64,000 nucleotides of DNA from positions 95,668,001 to 95,732,000 of the forward strand of contig NC_087472.1 of NCBI RefSeq assembly GCF_036321535.1. The letters are read 5' to 3'. The notes under the pieces were generated by a model, which was not told the DNA's origin, did no database searches, and saw only the letters and a program-made list of their open reading frames with translations. Made by a program: the position numbers and the translations under genes. Below, piece by piece: positions 15,840-28,149 of this stretch. How positions within the stretch are numbered: the stretch's first letter is position 1; each line of letters starts with the position of its first letter. The DNA is from Camelus dromedarius. Taxonomy: Eukaryota.

Positions 15840-16070
15840 ACTTTTTTATTACTTTTTACCTTGATATAATTTCAAATTTATTGGAAAGTTGCAAGAATAG
15901 CAAGGAACTCTCGCATACCCTTTACCCAGATTCATTAATTCTGTTTTGTCCTATTACCACCACCATCATATCTCTCTCACACATCTTTCTTTCTCTGTAT
16001 ATTCTTCCGAAGAACAAGGACATTCCTCTTGCATAACCACAGTTCATATCAAAATTAGGAAATTTAACAA
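15840..16070 (-). mobile_element. Old L1 (L1MB/MC) 3' end
   Basis: tataatttcaaattt...aaagttgcaagaatag...ataccctttacccagattca antisense 3' terminus. Confidence 0.6.
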
Positions 16071-16986
16071 ATTCCCAAAGTAGTTTTCAAATTCAAATTC
16101 TTGAAGTATCTTTTATTCAATTTATTTAAACTAAAAACAAACAAAACAGTTCACCCATTTCTGCTCCATTTTATAGCCAAAATCTTTAGGAAAATTCTAC
16201 CTGTTTCCATTTCTCTTCTTGAATCTACTCCAATCAGGCTTTGCTCCCCACCCCACCCTACCCCACATACACCACCGAAAGAATTCTTGTCAAGGTCAAA
16301 AATGGCCCTTTCATTGCTAAATTCAATGATCAATTCTCAGAACTCATCTCTCTTGTCCTCTCAATAGCATTTGACATAGTTGACTACTCCTGATTTTACT
16401 TCCTATTCCACTAGTGACAATTTTTCAATGTCTTTTACTGGTTCCTTCTCATCTCCCCAACTTCTAAACAATGGAATGTTCCAGGACCTCATCTCTTCTC
16501 TATCTAAACTCAATCCTTTAATAATCTTATTTTGCTATCTTCATATTGATAACTTCCAAACATGATCTCCATCTCAGACTTCTCTTCTGAACTTCAGACT
16601 AGCATGTTCAACTACCAATTCAGTAACTCCACTGAATATCTAATATGCACCTCAAATTTTCCATGTCCAAAATTAAATTCCTGATAACCCCCACGAAAAC
16701 CCACCTCCCAAGAATCTCCCCTATCTTAGTTAATAACAGCTCCATCAATCCGATTGCTCGTACCAAAAAACTTGAGGTCATTCTTGAATCCTCTCCTCTC
16801 TGCCCTCTCATACCCAATCCATCAGTAAATCCTTTTGGCTCTGCCTCTAAATCTGATCACTCTCCATCTGACTACTTTTCACGGCTTCATAATCCAAGCT
16901 GCCATTATCTCTCGCCTAGTTTCCTTGATATTGCCCCTGCTCCACTACAGTCTATCCTCAACACAGCAGCGAGAATGTCACTTTTT

Positions 16987-17331
16987 TTTAATTCAAGTAT
17001 AAGTTGATTTACAATGTTGTTTGAGTTTCAGGTGTACAGCAAAGTGATTCAGATATATATATATATACACATACATACATAAGAATCTGAAAAGTGTGTA
17101 TGTGTACATGTATGTGTGTGTGTGTATACATCTTTTCCATTATAGGTTATTAGAAGACACTGAGTATAGTTCCCTATGCTACACAGTAGGTCCTAGTTGT
17201 TTATCTATTCTATATATAATAGTGTATATATATATTAATCCCAAACTCCTAACTTATCCCTCCTCCGCCTTTTCCCTTTCATAACCATAAGTTTGCTCTC
17301 TATGTCTGTGAGCCTATTTCTGGTTTGGTTG

Positions 17332-17406
<75 letters not shown>

Positions 17407-17580
17407 CCATCAGTTACAATGTGTTAATTTCTGGTCTATTTCTGTTTTGTAAGTAAGTTCATTTGTACTGTTTTTTTAGACTCCATGTATAAGCAATATT
17501 GTATGATATTTGTCTTTCTCTGTCTGACTTACTTCACTTAATATAATGGCATTTTTCACAGAACTAGAACCAAAAATCTT
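16987..17580 (-). mobile_element. L1 3' end with short inverted 5' segment
   Basis: Antisense L1 3' UTR, then sense ORF2 piece aatggcatttttcacagaactagaac (17545-17580); TSD agaatgtcacttttt / agaatgacccttttt (13/15). Confidence 0.85.
17328..17435 (-). mobile_element. Ultra-short nested L1 3' terminus with (AAT)n tail
   Basis: Reverse complement accagaaattaacacattgtaactgatggtat(aat)~24; 14-bp TSD ctatttctggtttg / ctatttctgttttg. Confidence 0.75.
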
Positions 17581-18199
17581 AGAATGACCCTTTTTAAAGA
17601 GTAAAGTCAAGTCATGCCATTCTTCTGCTTAAGACCCTCTAATGACTTCCTACCTCACTCAGAATAAAAGCCAAAGTCCTTTTCAAAAGCCAATACCCTA
17701 CAGTAACCTCCCTATGGGTATTTCTCTGACTTCAGCAACCACTATTTTCCCCACTCACTCTACTTGAATCACATTAGCCTTCTTCCCGTTCTTTAAACAC
17801 AGTAATCATCCTCCCACCTCAGGACCTTTGCACTTGCTATTCCTTCTTCCTGTAATGCTTTATATTCAGATGGCCACTGTTTGCTTCTTCACCCTCTTAA
17901 GATCTTTACTCAAATGTTATCTTCTCAATTAAATCTTCCTTGACCACCCTATTTAAATTTCAAGAAAATTCTAGCATGCCCTTTCACCTGCACTGTTTTA
18001 TTTTTCTCCATAGCAATTCTCACCACCAGACATGCTACCTATTTCATATATGCATCTGTTTGTCTGTCTACCCCTACCAGAACGAAAACTTCATGAGAAC
18101 AGAGTACTTTGTCTATTCACTGAATTTTACCCAGGATCCAGAACTGTACCTAATACAGAACAGCCAGTAAATAGTTGTTGAATTAATAAAGAAATGATG

Positions 18200-18370
18200 T
18201 TATCTCATTTTACCTTCACTTAAACCTTATAAGGCAGATCTTATTATCCTTACTTTATGATGCAGTATGTGAGACTCAAATGGAGTAAATAATTTATCCA
18301 ATCTAGTGAATACAGGAGTCAAGATTTGACCCTCAAGTCTACTTCCAAAGCTTGTCCTTTTTCTCATGAC
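18200..18370 (-). mobile_element. MIR SINE
   Basis: aggcagatcttattatccttactttatgatg...tgagactc...taatttatcc. Confidence 0.6.
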
Positions 18371-18579
18371 ACTGAATCAAATCTTTTCAGAAGTAAATTA
18401 CTTGTCTATATGGCAAAGACTTAAAATAACATCGTACACGTGAAACTTATATAATGTTATAAATCAATGTTACCTCAATAAAAAAAAATTTTTTAAATTT
18501 CAGAAAAAAATAAAAATTAAAAAAAATTAGAAGTCCCTAAATCCCAATCACGTGGTAACAAATAAACATACGTATTCTG

Positions 18580-19850
18580 GGAAGATAGTGGTGGTGATGA
18601 TATATTTTGTTGACTCTGCTCAAATCTCCCCCATAAAATCAGACAGAGAAACTCAGCAAAATCAAAACTCCAATGGACAACATCTATAACAAACAAGGTG
18701 ACAAAATGTTCCCAAGAAACAATACAAGGTGAGGATAATGTACTGACACCCACAGGACCTACATGGTACCAGTCAGCATCTGCACAGGATGCACAGATAA
18801 TATATTAATAATATTATTAATAACAAAAATTGTGTTGTCTTTGGAGGATGACAGGCACCCAGTTCAGTATCTTGAAAACTGTTAAATGAAGAGAAAGGAT
18901 CAAGTATTTATGTTGCCTTTCTTACAATGATCTGTACCACCACTTGTCAATGAGATGAAGGGAAGGGTCTTCTATTGAAATAGTCCAATTAATAAATGAA
19001 GGAGAAATTAGAGAAACATAACATCGGTATTTTTCAACCACGAATCTAGGCACTGAGCATCAAAAGTTGCTAACATCACAAAAATAGAGATAGCCAGATG
19101 TTATGTGCTTGCTGATGAAAGCTAACACCACCTACAGTCTTGCCACAAAAAAAAGACATTGAATCTGAATCTGAATCTCCAGATGGGATTTCTCAACCTC
19201 AGCACTAATGGCATTTGGAGCTGGATAACTTCTTGCTGTGGGAATCTGTCCTGTAAATTGTGGGACATGGCAGTAGTACCATCTACCCTATTGTAAAAGT
19301 AAAAGAAAAATGTCTCTAAACAATGCCAAAAGTCCCCATGCAGGGAGAGCAAAATCACTCCACACTGAAAACTACTGCTCTAGATGCAACTACCATCCCA
19401 CAGGTTAAAAAGAGAGGACAGAGGAACGTGTCAAATTAAACCACATGGATGCAAACAGCAAATTACGGACTGTGGGAAACTTCACAGATCAAATGACTCA
19501 GATTCTTCAATGAACAAATTTCCAGGGAAAAAGGCAAAGGTGGAGGAGGGAACCTTTTGATCAAAAGAGACTTAAAAGACATAATTTTGAAAAACAGGCA
19601 AAACTAAACTGTAGTTTAGGGGTGATAAAACTGTAAAGAAATGGAAGAAGGTAATTAATCATAAAAGTCCAATAGGGAGAAAGGTAGCTGGTTGAGGTTG
19701 GGATAGGACATTTGGTGGGCCTTGGGGCTTCTTAAGTTACTGGCAATATTCTATTTGACTTCGGTATAATTCAAAGGGTGTTGACCTGACAATAACTCAT
19801 TAAGTTTTAAATATGTTTCATCCAGTTTTTTGTGTCTATGTTTCTCCAGG
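18580..19850 (+). mobile_element. Old L1MC/HAL1-like fragments
   Basis: L1MC 3' UTR motifs aaaagagacttaaaagacat, caggcaaaactaaactgtagtttagg. Confidence 0.6.
19185..19377 (-). mobile_element. MER20 hAT MITE
   Basis: tttctcaacctcagcactaatggcatttggagctggataac; 8-bp TSD ctccagat/ctctagat. Confidence 0.85.
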
Positions 19851-21866
19851 AAAAATGCATAGATAAATGAGTAAAAACGTAATAAACAGAAGGATCTGTC
19901 TTCCTTTCTACTTCGCTTGGGTTGAAGTTCTGTGGGAACTGGCCTTGAGAGGAGAACTTTGAATTTATTAAGTTCAGGTCGATGTTTAGGTTTCCTTAGC
20001 CCAGAGGTGTAAATCCTGATCATCGCTTCAAAAACAACTTTGCAAATCATAGCAGGACTTCTCACAACCCTACACAAACCATATGCATGATGTCCATATC
20101 TTGGCCTACTGCTGAAGGAACGTCGTACATCAAATCAGCAAATACCTACAAGGGAGCCTGTTGTGACCCAGGCGATCTGCCAGGTGCTCTGAGAAAAGCA
20201 AAATGCAAAGCAGTGAAGTATTGGAAAATGCAAGCAAAGCTCCTGAGATCTGCGTGGGCTGAGATTGGTGGGACGATGCCTTTTAGAAGGATCTGCAGAC
20301 CCGCTAGACAGAGACACTCCACAGGTGTACCTCCTTTCTTGCAAAAGCTATGCTCCTGAAGAGTTCTGTGGTGATTAAATTTTTATAAATTCAATTATAT
20401 TTTCTCATTGACTTGCATTATAATCAGAGAGTGGCTTTATCTACATTTTGGATTAATCTTCAACTGGCAGTGGCTCCCAACAGTTTAAGTTTCCCTGCTT
20501 CTCTGTCAAGTAGTTGATAGTTTATAAATAAACATTTAAAGGCACTATTTAAAGGAACCCTTGAATGAATTCTTTTGAACAACAAAGGATTCTTTGATAA
20601 CATTAATAAATAATCATTAGAGTGAAGGTTCTATTAAGCTTTCTTAAGGTAAACCATATCTAGTCCTAAGACTCGGATGTCCTTTGATAGGGTTTCACTG
20701 AAAGTATATCTCTTTACCTAAGGATCAGAATCTATTTTACCTGTCTTTCGGGACAACGTCTTACATTACTGAGCTTCCTACTTTTTCTAGCATTTGAAAG
20801 AGCATTTTGTCCAGAGACTCTTGGGAAACATTACTAAACATAGCCCATATTACTGAGGTATGGGATGCAACAGACCTTCAGCTGTCATGACTCAGTTTAA
20901 ATTACACGATAAAAGCAAAATGCTACTAAATCCAGGAGAGAGGTAATTTGAAATTCTCTGGGACAGAAGATGCTTAGGCTGCTCACTTTAGAACAGTCTC
21001 TCGAAGACTGGGCTACCGGGAAATCTCAAGTAGGTAACTGGAAAGCTTGAATTGAGGATGGAGTTCATTGGGCCCAACCGTTCCCAACCACGTCACCATA
21101 TCTCTCCTTGCTGCCTGCCCACCAACTCCTTCTTACCACTCTGTTATCCCTGCCAGCACTTGATTCTGACTCAACCTTCCTGATAACTTCTCCTGGACAA
21201 GTCAAAGAAAGACGTTGTCCTCAGTGCCGGCAGTATGAAAGCCCATCACACTCCACGTTGGTCAGATCACACCTGACTCTAGAACATGGTAAGAGACTCA
21301 CCAGCTGCTACAAAATAGCAAAACTCTAGGGCCACCAAAGCTCCTCTAGTTGGTTTAGGTAAGGTTGCTCTTGCATATCATCTTGACTGGGATTTGTGGA
21401 CTGGTTTTTAGTGTAATAGCTCACCCTGCTGGATACACATACCCAAAGGGGTGTAATTTATGTTGCATTTCAGTCTGACTAGTTGTATTACTTCTGATTA
21501 AAGACCCCAAGTATTTTGGAGTAAATGGGTAAGGGATGGTTTACTTTTTTTCATCTTTGGTGACAAGAATATAACTTACAATTGGTTTACTTAGAAAATG
21601 CACTAGAAATAAAAATGGAATGTAGCAAAGAAAAATAAATCAAGTCTGTTTTACCACAGAAGGGAAAAATGATGCTCTTGCCAAATCAACTACTTTCCAT
21701 GGTTCGCAGAACTGTTTCCCACGGACTAGACACTGCCTTCTACACTATGTTCAAGAAGCTTCATTCATAAGGCATTTATTTGAATGCAGTGATGTGGCCT
21801 CGTAGTTATAGTTCTGGAGTACCTACGGAGTGTAGCAGCTTTTGATATGCATTTTGCTATAGTCAT

Positions 21867-22398
21867 TGTGGTAGGCAAAATTCTAAGATGAACCCTAATA
21901 ACCCACACCCTTTTAAAGATCCCCTCCCCTTAAATGTAAGCAGGACCTATGACTTGCATCTAGCCAACAGAATATGGCAAAGACGGAGGATTTTACATAA
22001 GTAATCAAAGTCTCTAATCAGTTAACTTTACAGTAATTAAAAGGGAGATGATCCTGGGTGGGCCAGACCTAATCAGGTGATGTGTTTAAAAGCGGGTCTA
22101 GAGGTCAGAGATTTGAAACAGTGAAGACTCTCTCTCTCTGTTGCTGACTTTGAGGAAGTAAACTTCTACAGTTTCAAGGAAATTAATTCTGCCAACAACC
22201 AAGCTTAGAAGTGGATCCTTCCCTAGTGGAGCCTCCAGATAAGAACTCAGCCTGGTTACCATCTTGATTTCAGGCTTATAAGACCCAGAGCAAAGAACTC
22301 TGCTAATATGTGCCCAGACTTCTTAAGATAATAAATGACATCTGTTCTAAGCCTCTAAGTTTGTGGCAATTTGTTACGCAGAATAGAAAATGAATATA
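21867..22398 (+). mobile_element. MLT1 (D/E-type) solo LTR, complete
   Basis: Starts tgtggtaggcaaaattctaagatg, ends taagtttgtggcaatttgttacgcagaatagaaaatgaatata; perfect 5-bp TSD gtcat. Confidence 0.9.
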
Positions 22399-23091
22399 GT
22401 CATGAAAAATCAACACTGAAGTAGAAGTCTTCCACTAAGTGGATCCCTAACCCACAAAAGTCGGTGAACAGAGAAATCAGAGGATCACCAATTAGAACAA
22501 GTGCTTCCACTCTCAGGTACCCTCATCTACCTTTCCATGTCTAAGAGCAAAGGATCTGGAAGGGAGACCTAATGTATGTTTTAGAAAGGTTTTCCCTGCC
22601 CCAGCATTGTTGGTTGACTACAGACCATCATTTGGTGTCTACCTTTTCCCACATGTACAGCCCCTGAGTGCAAAGAGCTGTATAAACCAAAAACGCCTCC
22701 GAATAAATGAGAAAATCCTAAACTCAGTAGGTAACTATGAGTGCCAAATTGAATGCATGCCAATGTCAAAATCAACCTCCAAGGGCAAAGGCTAAACCAA
22801 GAATAGTAATAGAGGCAGCAAAGCAGCTATTGCCAATGGTGTTCAGATTGAAAAGAGGCTTAATGGAAGAAAGACACAGGAAGACTGCCCCCGGCATGTA
22901 TCAGGTGCCTGAAACTGTCTATAGATATAGATGGATGGATGGATGGATGAATTAAAATCAAAAGGAAAGGGTTTATCATTACAAAAGAGCAAGAAACGAG
23001 AGGAAAATGTAATAGCAATGAAGAGCGTGGACAGGGACAGTGTCAGAGAAGTTCTTAGTGCAGAAAGCCATCAGTTCCTGTAGCCATACAG

Positions 23092-23278
23092 CAGTGGCTC
23101 TCAAAGTGTGGGCCAGTGACCAGTATCACCAGCATCACCTGGGAGCTTGCTAGATAAGCAAATTCTCTGGCCTCATCCCAGTCCTGCTGAATTAGAAACT
23201 CTGGGGATGGTGCCCAGCAACCTGTCTTAAGAAGCCCTCTAGGGGATTCTGACATGCACTCAAGTATAAGAAGTACTG
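23092..23278 (+). mobile_element. MER5A hAT MITE
   Basis: cagtggctctcaaagtgtgg...agcatcacctgggagcttgctaga... Confidence 0.9.
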
Positions 23279-23344
23279 ACCTAGAGAGAAGGAATCTTGT
23301 GAGAATGATTTAAAAAAAAAAAAGAAAGAAAGAAAGAAAGCCTA

Positions 23345-23507
23345 ATAGTCTTAACCCTGGCTGCACACTAAAATTGGCTGAAGAAACTACCCAGGCTGAC
23401 CCACCATCAGACACTGATTTAATTAGTGTGAGACGGTGAACAGGCATCCAAATGATTTACCAGCTCTCTGGGTGATTCAAATGTGTGGCCAGGGCTGGGA
23501 ACCTCTG
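23345..23507. mobile_element. MER5B-like MITE
   Basis: cttaaccctggctgcacactaaaat...ggtgattcaaatgtgtggccagggctgggaacc. Confidence 0.65.
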
Positions 23508-24146
23508 ATGTAAAAAGGTGAAGCAGTGTGAGAGGACACACTTCAAGGATGCTACATAAATGACCTTGAAAAGAAGGTGGGACTCTTTCTGACACGGTAT
23601 TTTGCTGCCTTCGAAGGATTCACACTTAAATTCTCAGCTGTCAACACTGCTGTGCTCTGGCACAGGGCAGGGAAATTGCTTTTATTCCAGCAGCACAGAA
23701 AAAAATAATCAGCAGGCAGCCCTTTTGGCCAGTCCCTTGCTCACCCTCTGAGCTGGCTTTACGCAAGCAACACCTCCCTTCCCTGCCCTCACTGGGAGCC
23801 AGTGAGGGGGAGAGGCTGCACTGTCTTCTACTGCAGTGGCAGTGGCCACCACAGGGTCAGGGGCATATCTGTCCCCCAGACCTCACTCAGGCCCCAGCAG
23901 ACACAGGCAGATGCCCCAAGAGGTCTAGGAACCTCATCACCAACTTTAAGCCACGCAGCCCCTCAGCCGCTCTCTGGAGACCATCTTTTCCTGAACCCAG
24001 CAGGTGCATGAGGGTCTCCAGTGGGAAAGGAAAGGAAACACTGAGTCAACTCCAGCTGTGAGGGACAGGAAAAAAGGCTTTCAACTGCTTCAGAGCACAC
24101 GACCCTCTCCTCCTCAAGGCTTAGCTGCAAGATCAACTGTCTACAT

Positions 24147-25332
24147 CCCAGACTTTAGACAATACTATAGAGCTACAGTCATCAAGACAGCATGGTATTG
24201 GTACCAAAACAGACATATAGACCAATGGAACAGAATAGAGAGCCCAGAAATGAACCCACAAACTTTTGGTCAACTCATCTTTGACAAAGGAGGCAAGAAT
24301 ATACATTGGAATAAAGACAGTCTCTTCAGCAAATGGTGTTGGGAAAACTGGACAGCAGCATGTAAAACAATGAAGCTAGAACACTCCCTTACATCATATA
24401 CAAAAATCAACTCAAAATGGATTAAAGACTTAAACATAAGACAAGATACAATAAACCTCCTAGAGGAAAACATAGGCAAAACATTATCTGACATACATCT
24501 CAAAAATTTTCTCCTAGAAGAAATAAAAGCAAGAATAAACAAATGGGACCTAATGAAACTTACAAGCTTCTGCACAGCAAAGGAAACCAGAAATAAAACA
24601 AGAAGAAAACCTAAGGAATGGGAGAAAATTTTTGCAAGTGAAACCGACAAAGGCTTGATCTCCAGAATATATAAGCAGCTCATACGACTCAATAAGAAAA
24701 AAATAAACAACCCAATCCAAAAATGGGCAGAAGACCTAAACAACCAATTCTCCAAGGAAGACATACAAATGATCAAAAAGCACATGAAAAAATGCTCAAT
24801 ATCACTAATTATCAGAGAAATGCAAATCAAAACTACAATGAGGTATCACCTCACACCAGTCAGAATGGCCGTCATTCAAAAATCCACAAATGACAAATGC
24901 TGGAGAGGCTGTGGAGAAAGGGGAACCCTCCTACACTGCTGGTAGGAATGCAGTTTGGTGCAGCCACTATGGAAAACAGTGTGGAGGTTCCTCAAAAGAC
25001 TAGGAATAGACTTACCATATGACCCAGGAATCCCACTCCTGGGCTTATATCCAGAAGGAACCCTACTTCAGGATGACACCTGCACCCCAATGTTCATAGC
25101 AGCACTATTTACAATAGCCAAAACATGGAAACAGCCTAAATGTCCATCAACAGGTGACTGGATAAAGAAGAGGTGGTATATTTATACAATGGAATACTAC
25201 TCAGCCATAAAAACCGACAACATAATGCCATTTGCAGCAACATGGATGTCCCTGGAGAATGTCATTCTAAGTGAAGTAAGCCAGAAAGAGAAAGAAAAAT
25301 ACCATATGAGATCACTCATATGTGGAATCTAA
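24147..25332 (+). pseudogene. L1 ORF2p C-terminal part (post-RT region and Cys-rich CTD), one premature stop
   Basis: Track ORFs 24004-24945 and 24955-25332 are in the same frame, split only by TAG at 24943-24945 (CWWEC motif, TGG>TAG); motifs [27 protein letters not shown]. Confidence 0.92.
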
Positions 25333-25660
25333 AAAACAAAAACAAAAACAAACAAACAAACAAAAACAAAGCATAAATAAAGGACAGAAATAGACTCACA
25401 GACAGAGAATACAGACTTGTGGTTACCAGGGGGGTGGAGGGTGGGAAGGGATAGACTGGGATTTCAAAATTGTAGAATAGACTACACTGTATAGCACAGG
25501 GAAATATACACAAAATGTTATGATAACTCACAGAGAAAAAAATGTGACAATGAGTGTGTATATGTCCATGAATAACTGAAAAATTGTGCTGAACACTGGA
25601 ATTTGACACAACATTGTAAAATGATTATAAATCAATAAAAAATGTTAAAAAAAAAAAAAA
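24147..25660 (+). mobile_element. Young 5'-truncated L1 (about 1.5 kb)
   Basis: ORF2 C-terminus, 3' UTR, aataaa and poly-A; 18-bp TSD aagatcaactgtctacat (24129-24146) / aagatcaagtgtctacat (25661-25678). Confidence 0.98.
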
Positions 25661-25758
25661 AAGATCAAGTGTCTACATAACCTAAGTCCACTTGAGTGAG
25701 TGGGTGAGAGGGAACACTCAGGAAAGGACAAGCCTCCAGATAGAAGCCATAAAGGTTT

Positions 25759-25890
25759 TTGTTTGTTTGTTTTGTTTTGTTTTGGGGGGGAGGTAATTCT
25801 AGATTTTTTTTTAATGGAGGTACTAGGGATTGAACCCAGGGCCTCAAGCATGCTAAGCATGCACTCTACCACTGAGCTATACCCTCCCCT
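25759..25890 (-). mobile_element. Camelid tRNA-Ala-derived SINE
   Basis: Antisense head ...gcactctaccactgagctataccctcccct; perfect 12-bp TSD ccataaaggttt. Confidence 0.95.
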
Positions 25891-26380
25891 CCATAAAGGT
25901 TTAAATTGTCCAAGAACACCCCAGAATCTGTGTACCTTTATGCCACTTACAGCCAGATTCTCCCCCAGCTCTATGTATGTGCATGGGACCTTTGGGGATA
26001 CACCTAGTGGAGACTGCTTCACCACTAAATGGCCCAGTGGTAATATTACAAAGATGACCAGCAGGAACAAGCAATAATGCCTTGTCACAGAGCCTCAGAA
26101 TGTAATACAGAATAGATGACAATGACCATGATGATGGTAACCACATTCCCCATTGGAAATTTAAGTTTTCCATAAAGCTCAATCAAGCATTCCTTTAAAA
26201 GGCCAAAAGAACCTCTAAGCATTTCAGAATTTGTAAGCGTTCACCTCAATGAAACCGCCCCAGAGCACCCAAGGGCGGATGTCAGGGCAGGAAAAGGAGA
26301 TAGGGCAGGTGGAAAGTCAGGCCTTACATTTGCCAGAATCTGAGTAGACAAGTTCTCAAGTTGGGGACTGCTACCCAGAG

Positions 26381-26622
26381 GAGTGGCTCCCAACTAGGGG
26401 CAATTTTGCCCCCCAGAGGACGTGTGACAATGTTTGAAGACATCCGTGGTTTTCACAATGGAATAGGGGGTACTACCCACCACAGAGTAGGGGGGTGCTA
26501 CTGGCATCTAGTGGGTCCAGACCAGGGAGGCTGCTAAACATCATAGAATGCACAGGACAGCGCCCCACAGCAAAGAAGTACCTCACCGCAAATGTCATTA
26601 GCACCAAGGTTAAGACACCCTG
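26381..26622 (+). mobile_element. MER20 hAT MITE
   Basis: ggggcaattttgccccccagaggac...gtgctactggcatctagtggg...ctgctaaacatc...tgcacaggacagc. Confidence 0.9.
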
Positions 26623-26759
26623 GTCTAGAGAAATGTCCCCACAACAAACAATGGAGGAGAAAATATTGATGGATTTTTTTCCATAAAGGCCCAGATTCTA
26701 CCCACAGTTTCCATTAGCATCCCAGAAGAACAGAGTTGTTCTCCTCAAGGAGACAGACA

Positions 26760-26950
26760 GATAAATTAATCTTGACAGATTATCTCATCCACCCTCTGCT
26801 TTTAGGGAACTCAAAGCCTAAATCACCCAGGTCAAATAACTGTCTGCTCTCTTATCAGATATTTTCAGGAGTAAAAATCCCACAGCCTCCCTACAGAAAC
26901 TCATTCCAATGTTTTTCTTCTTAATGGACAAAATGTTAAGTTGAATCTTT
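26760..26950 (-). mobile_element. CR1/L3 fragment
   Basis: aatcccacagcctccct...ctcattccaatgttt resembles the antisense CR1 3' region. Confidence 0.45.
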
Positions 26951-27489
26951 TGAAACCGACAATGTTTGAGCGATCCTAGCCTTCAAAAATGGCAGTTTCA
27001 TGCGGTTCAACCTAACATTACTCCCTTCAACAAAAACCTGTCCTACTTTTAGAGGCCATTTTCCTGTGTTGACTCTTCAGTCAGCAGGACGCAGTTTTTG
27101 GTGACAATGATAACTGGCCATCTGCTGTCTGGGACATCTCCCCTCCCTCGCTCCCCACCCACAATCCTCACACTCGATCTTTGTTGCTTTTTCTCTAGCA
27201 AAATTATAAGATCTTGGTCTAGGTCAATTGTTACTTCTTTTTTATTTTATTTTTTCGCATTTTCAGTTTTAATTCATTTTAGCCTATAGGAAGGAGCTGA
27301 AATAAAGTTGCTACAGACAGGGTTTACAACCTGAGCCAATGTGACAAAAAGCCCAGAGCTAGCTCTCTTGGGTCTTGTTTTCATACACAGTGTAGCTTAT
27401 TTAATATAAGCCTTATATTATATACCATATGTCCATTTAAATAACCTGACCTCAACTCACTGTTGTGTAAGCAATCTGAAGGGGGGACT

Positions 27490-27720
27490 CACAGTTATTA
27501 AATGGCTATGATGTGCCAAGCAGCGTGCTGCAAGCTTTCACATTTATGATCAATTTCATCTCTACAATAAGGCTGGGAGGCAGGTACTCTTATTCCATTT
27601 CACAGACCAAAAAACTGAGGCAGCTCAACAAGGTTAAATAATCTTCGGTGCCAGCAATCAAGAGCCAGGATTCACAGCCCTAGCTGTTGGACACCAGTGA
27701 CCACGCTGTCACCATCACCC
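27490..27720 (-). mobile_element. MIR SINE
   Basis: gaggcaggtactcttattccatttcacagacc...actgaggc...aggttaaataa. Confidence 0.75.
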
Positions 27721-28149
27721 TAAGCAGACTAAAGTAAAGCTTGGCAGAGATTTAGAATTTCAAAGTGACCCCTTGAGAAGTCCACCACTTTGTTACAGGC
27801 GAATTTACCTGACCCCGTGGGCTTTCTCCTTTACCCTAGCAGAGTGCCTACTTCCCCCAAAACACAATATTATTTCATGGCAGACATGATCTCTTTTAAC
27901 ACATCAGCATCTTCTCCCTTTCTCATTTCAGGATAAAAAAATTTAAAAACTGCCAATAAAACTGCCTCTGAGCTCCTTTTTTTTTTTTTTACAAGAGTCT
28001 TGCTGCATCCGTTTTCAGCTGAAAAACATTATCTGTTGCTTTCTTTTCATTCAGCTCTTTTATAAAAAAATCATAAATTCACTGATTAAAGATGAAATCA
28101 TATTTATTCTTGTCTTCCCAAAACCCTGCTTCACGTACTTAAAATTCCC

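Larger units (their letters stand above)
14540..18190 (+). mobile_element. Long fragmented L2 LINE, interrupted by a SINE and L1s
   Basis: CT-rich L2 ORF remnants, agcatttgacatagttgact, aggacctttgcacttgct, terminal gtaaatagttgttgaattaa. Confidence 0.8.

Noticed and set aside
18803..18822. Perfect 20-bp palindrome tattaataatattattaata
   Set aside because: AT-only low complexity inside an old L1
19751..20359. Cluster of 70-110 aa ORFs on both strands
   Set aside because: No recognisable homology; lengths within chance expectation
21302..21307. 6-nt minus-strand microexon tag|CAGCTG|gtgagt
   Set aside because: Short polypyrimidine tract; such pairs are expected by chance in 64 kb
24270..24830. 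186-aa hydrophobic minus-strand ORF
   Set aside because: Familiar antisense shadow frame of L1 ORF2
24004..24945. 313-aa ORF as a host gene or L1 fusion protein
   Set aside because: L1 ORF2 fragment; the first ~47 codons are flanking DNA open by chance from a non-ATG start, with no EN or RT domain
25661..25672. aagatcaagtgt identical to part of U2 snRNA
   Set aside because: Only 12 nt, the match does not extend, and it is part of the L1 TSD
25815..25890. Functional tRNA-Ala gene
   Set aside because: SINE head with A-rich tail and TSD; the same applies to the other five copies
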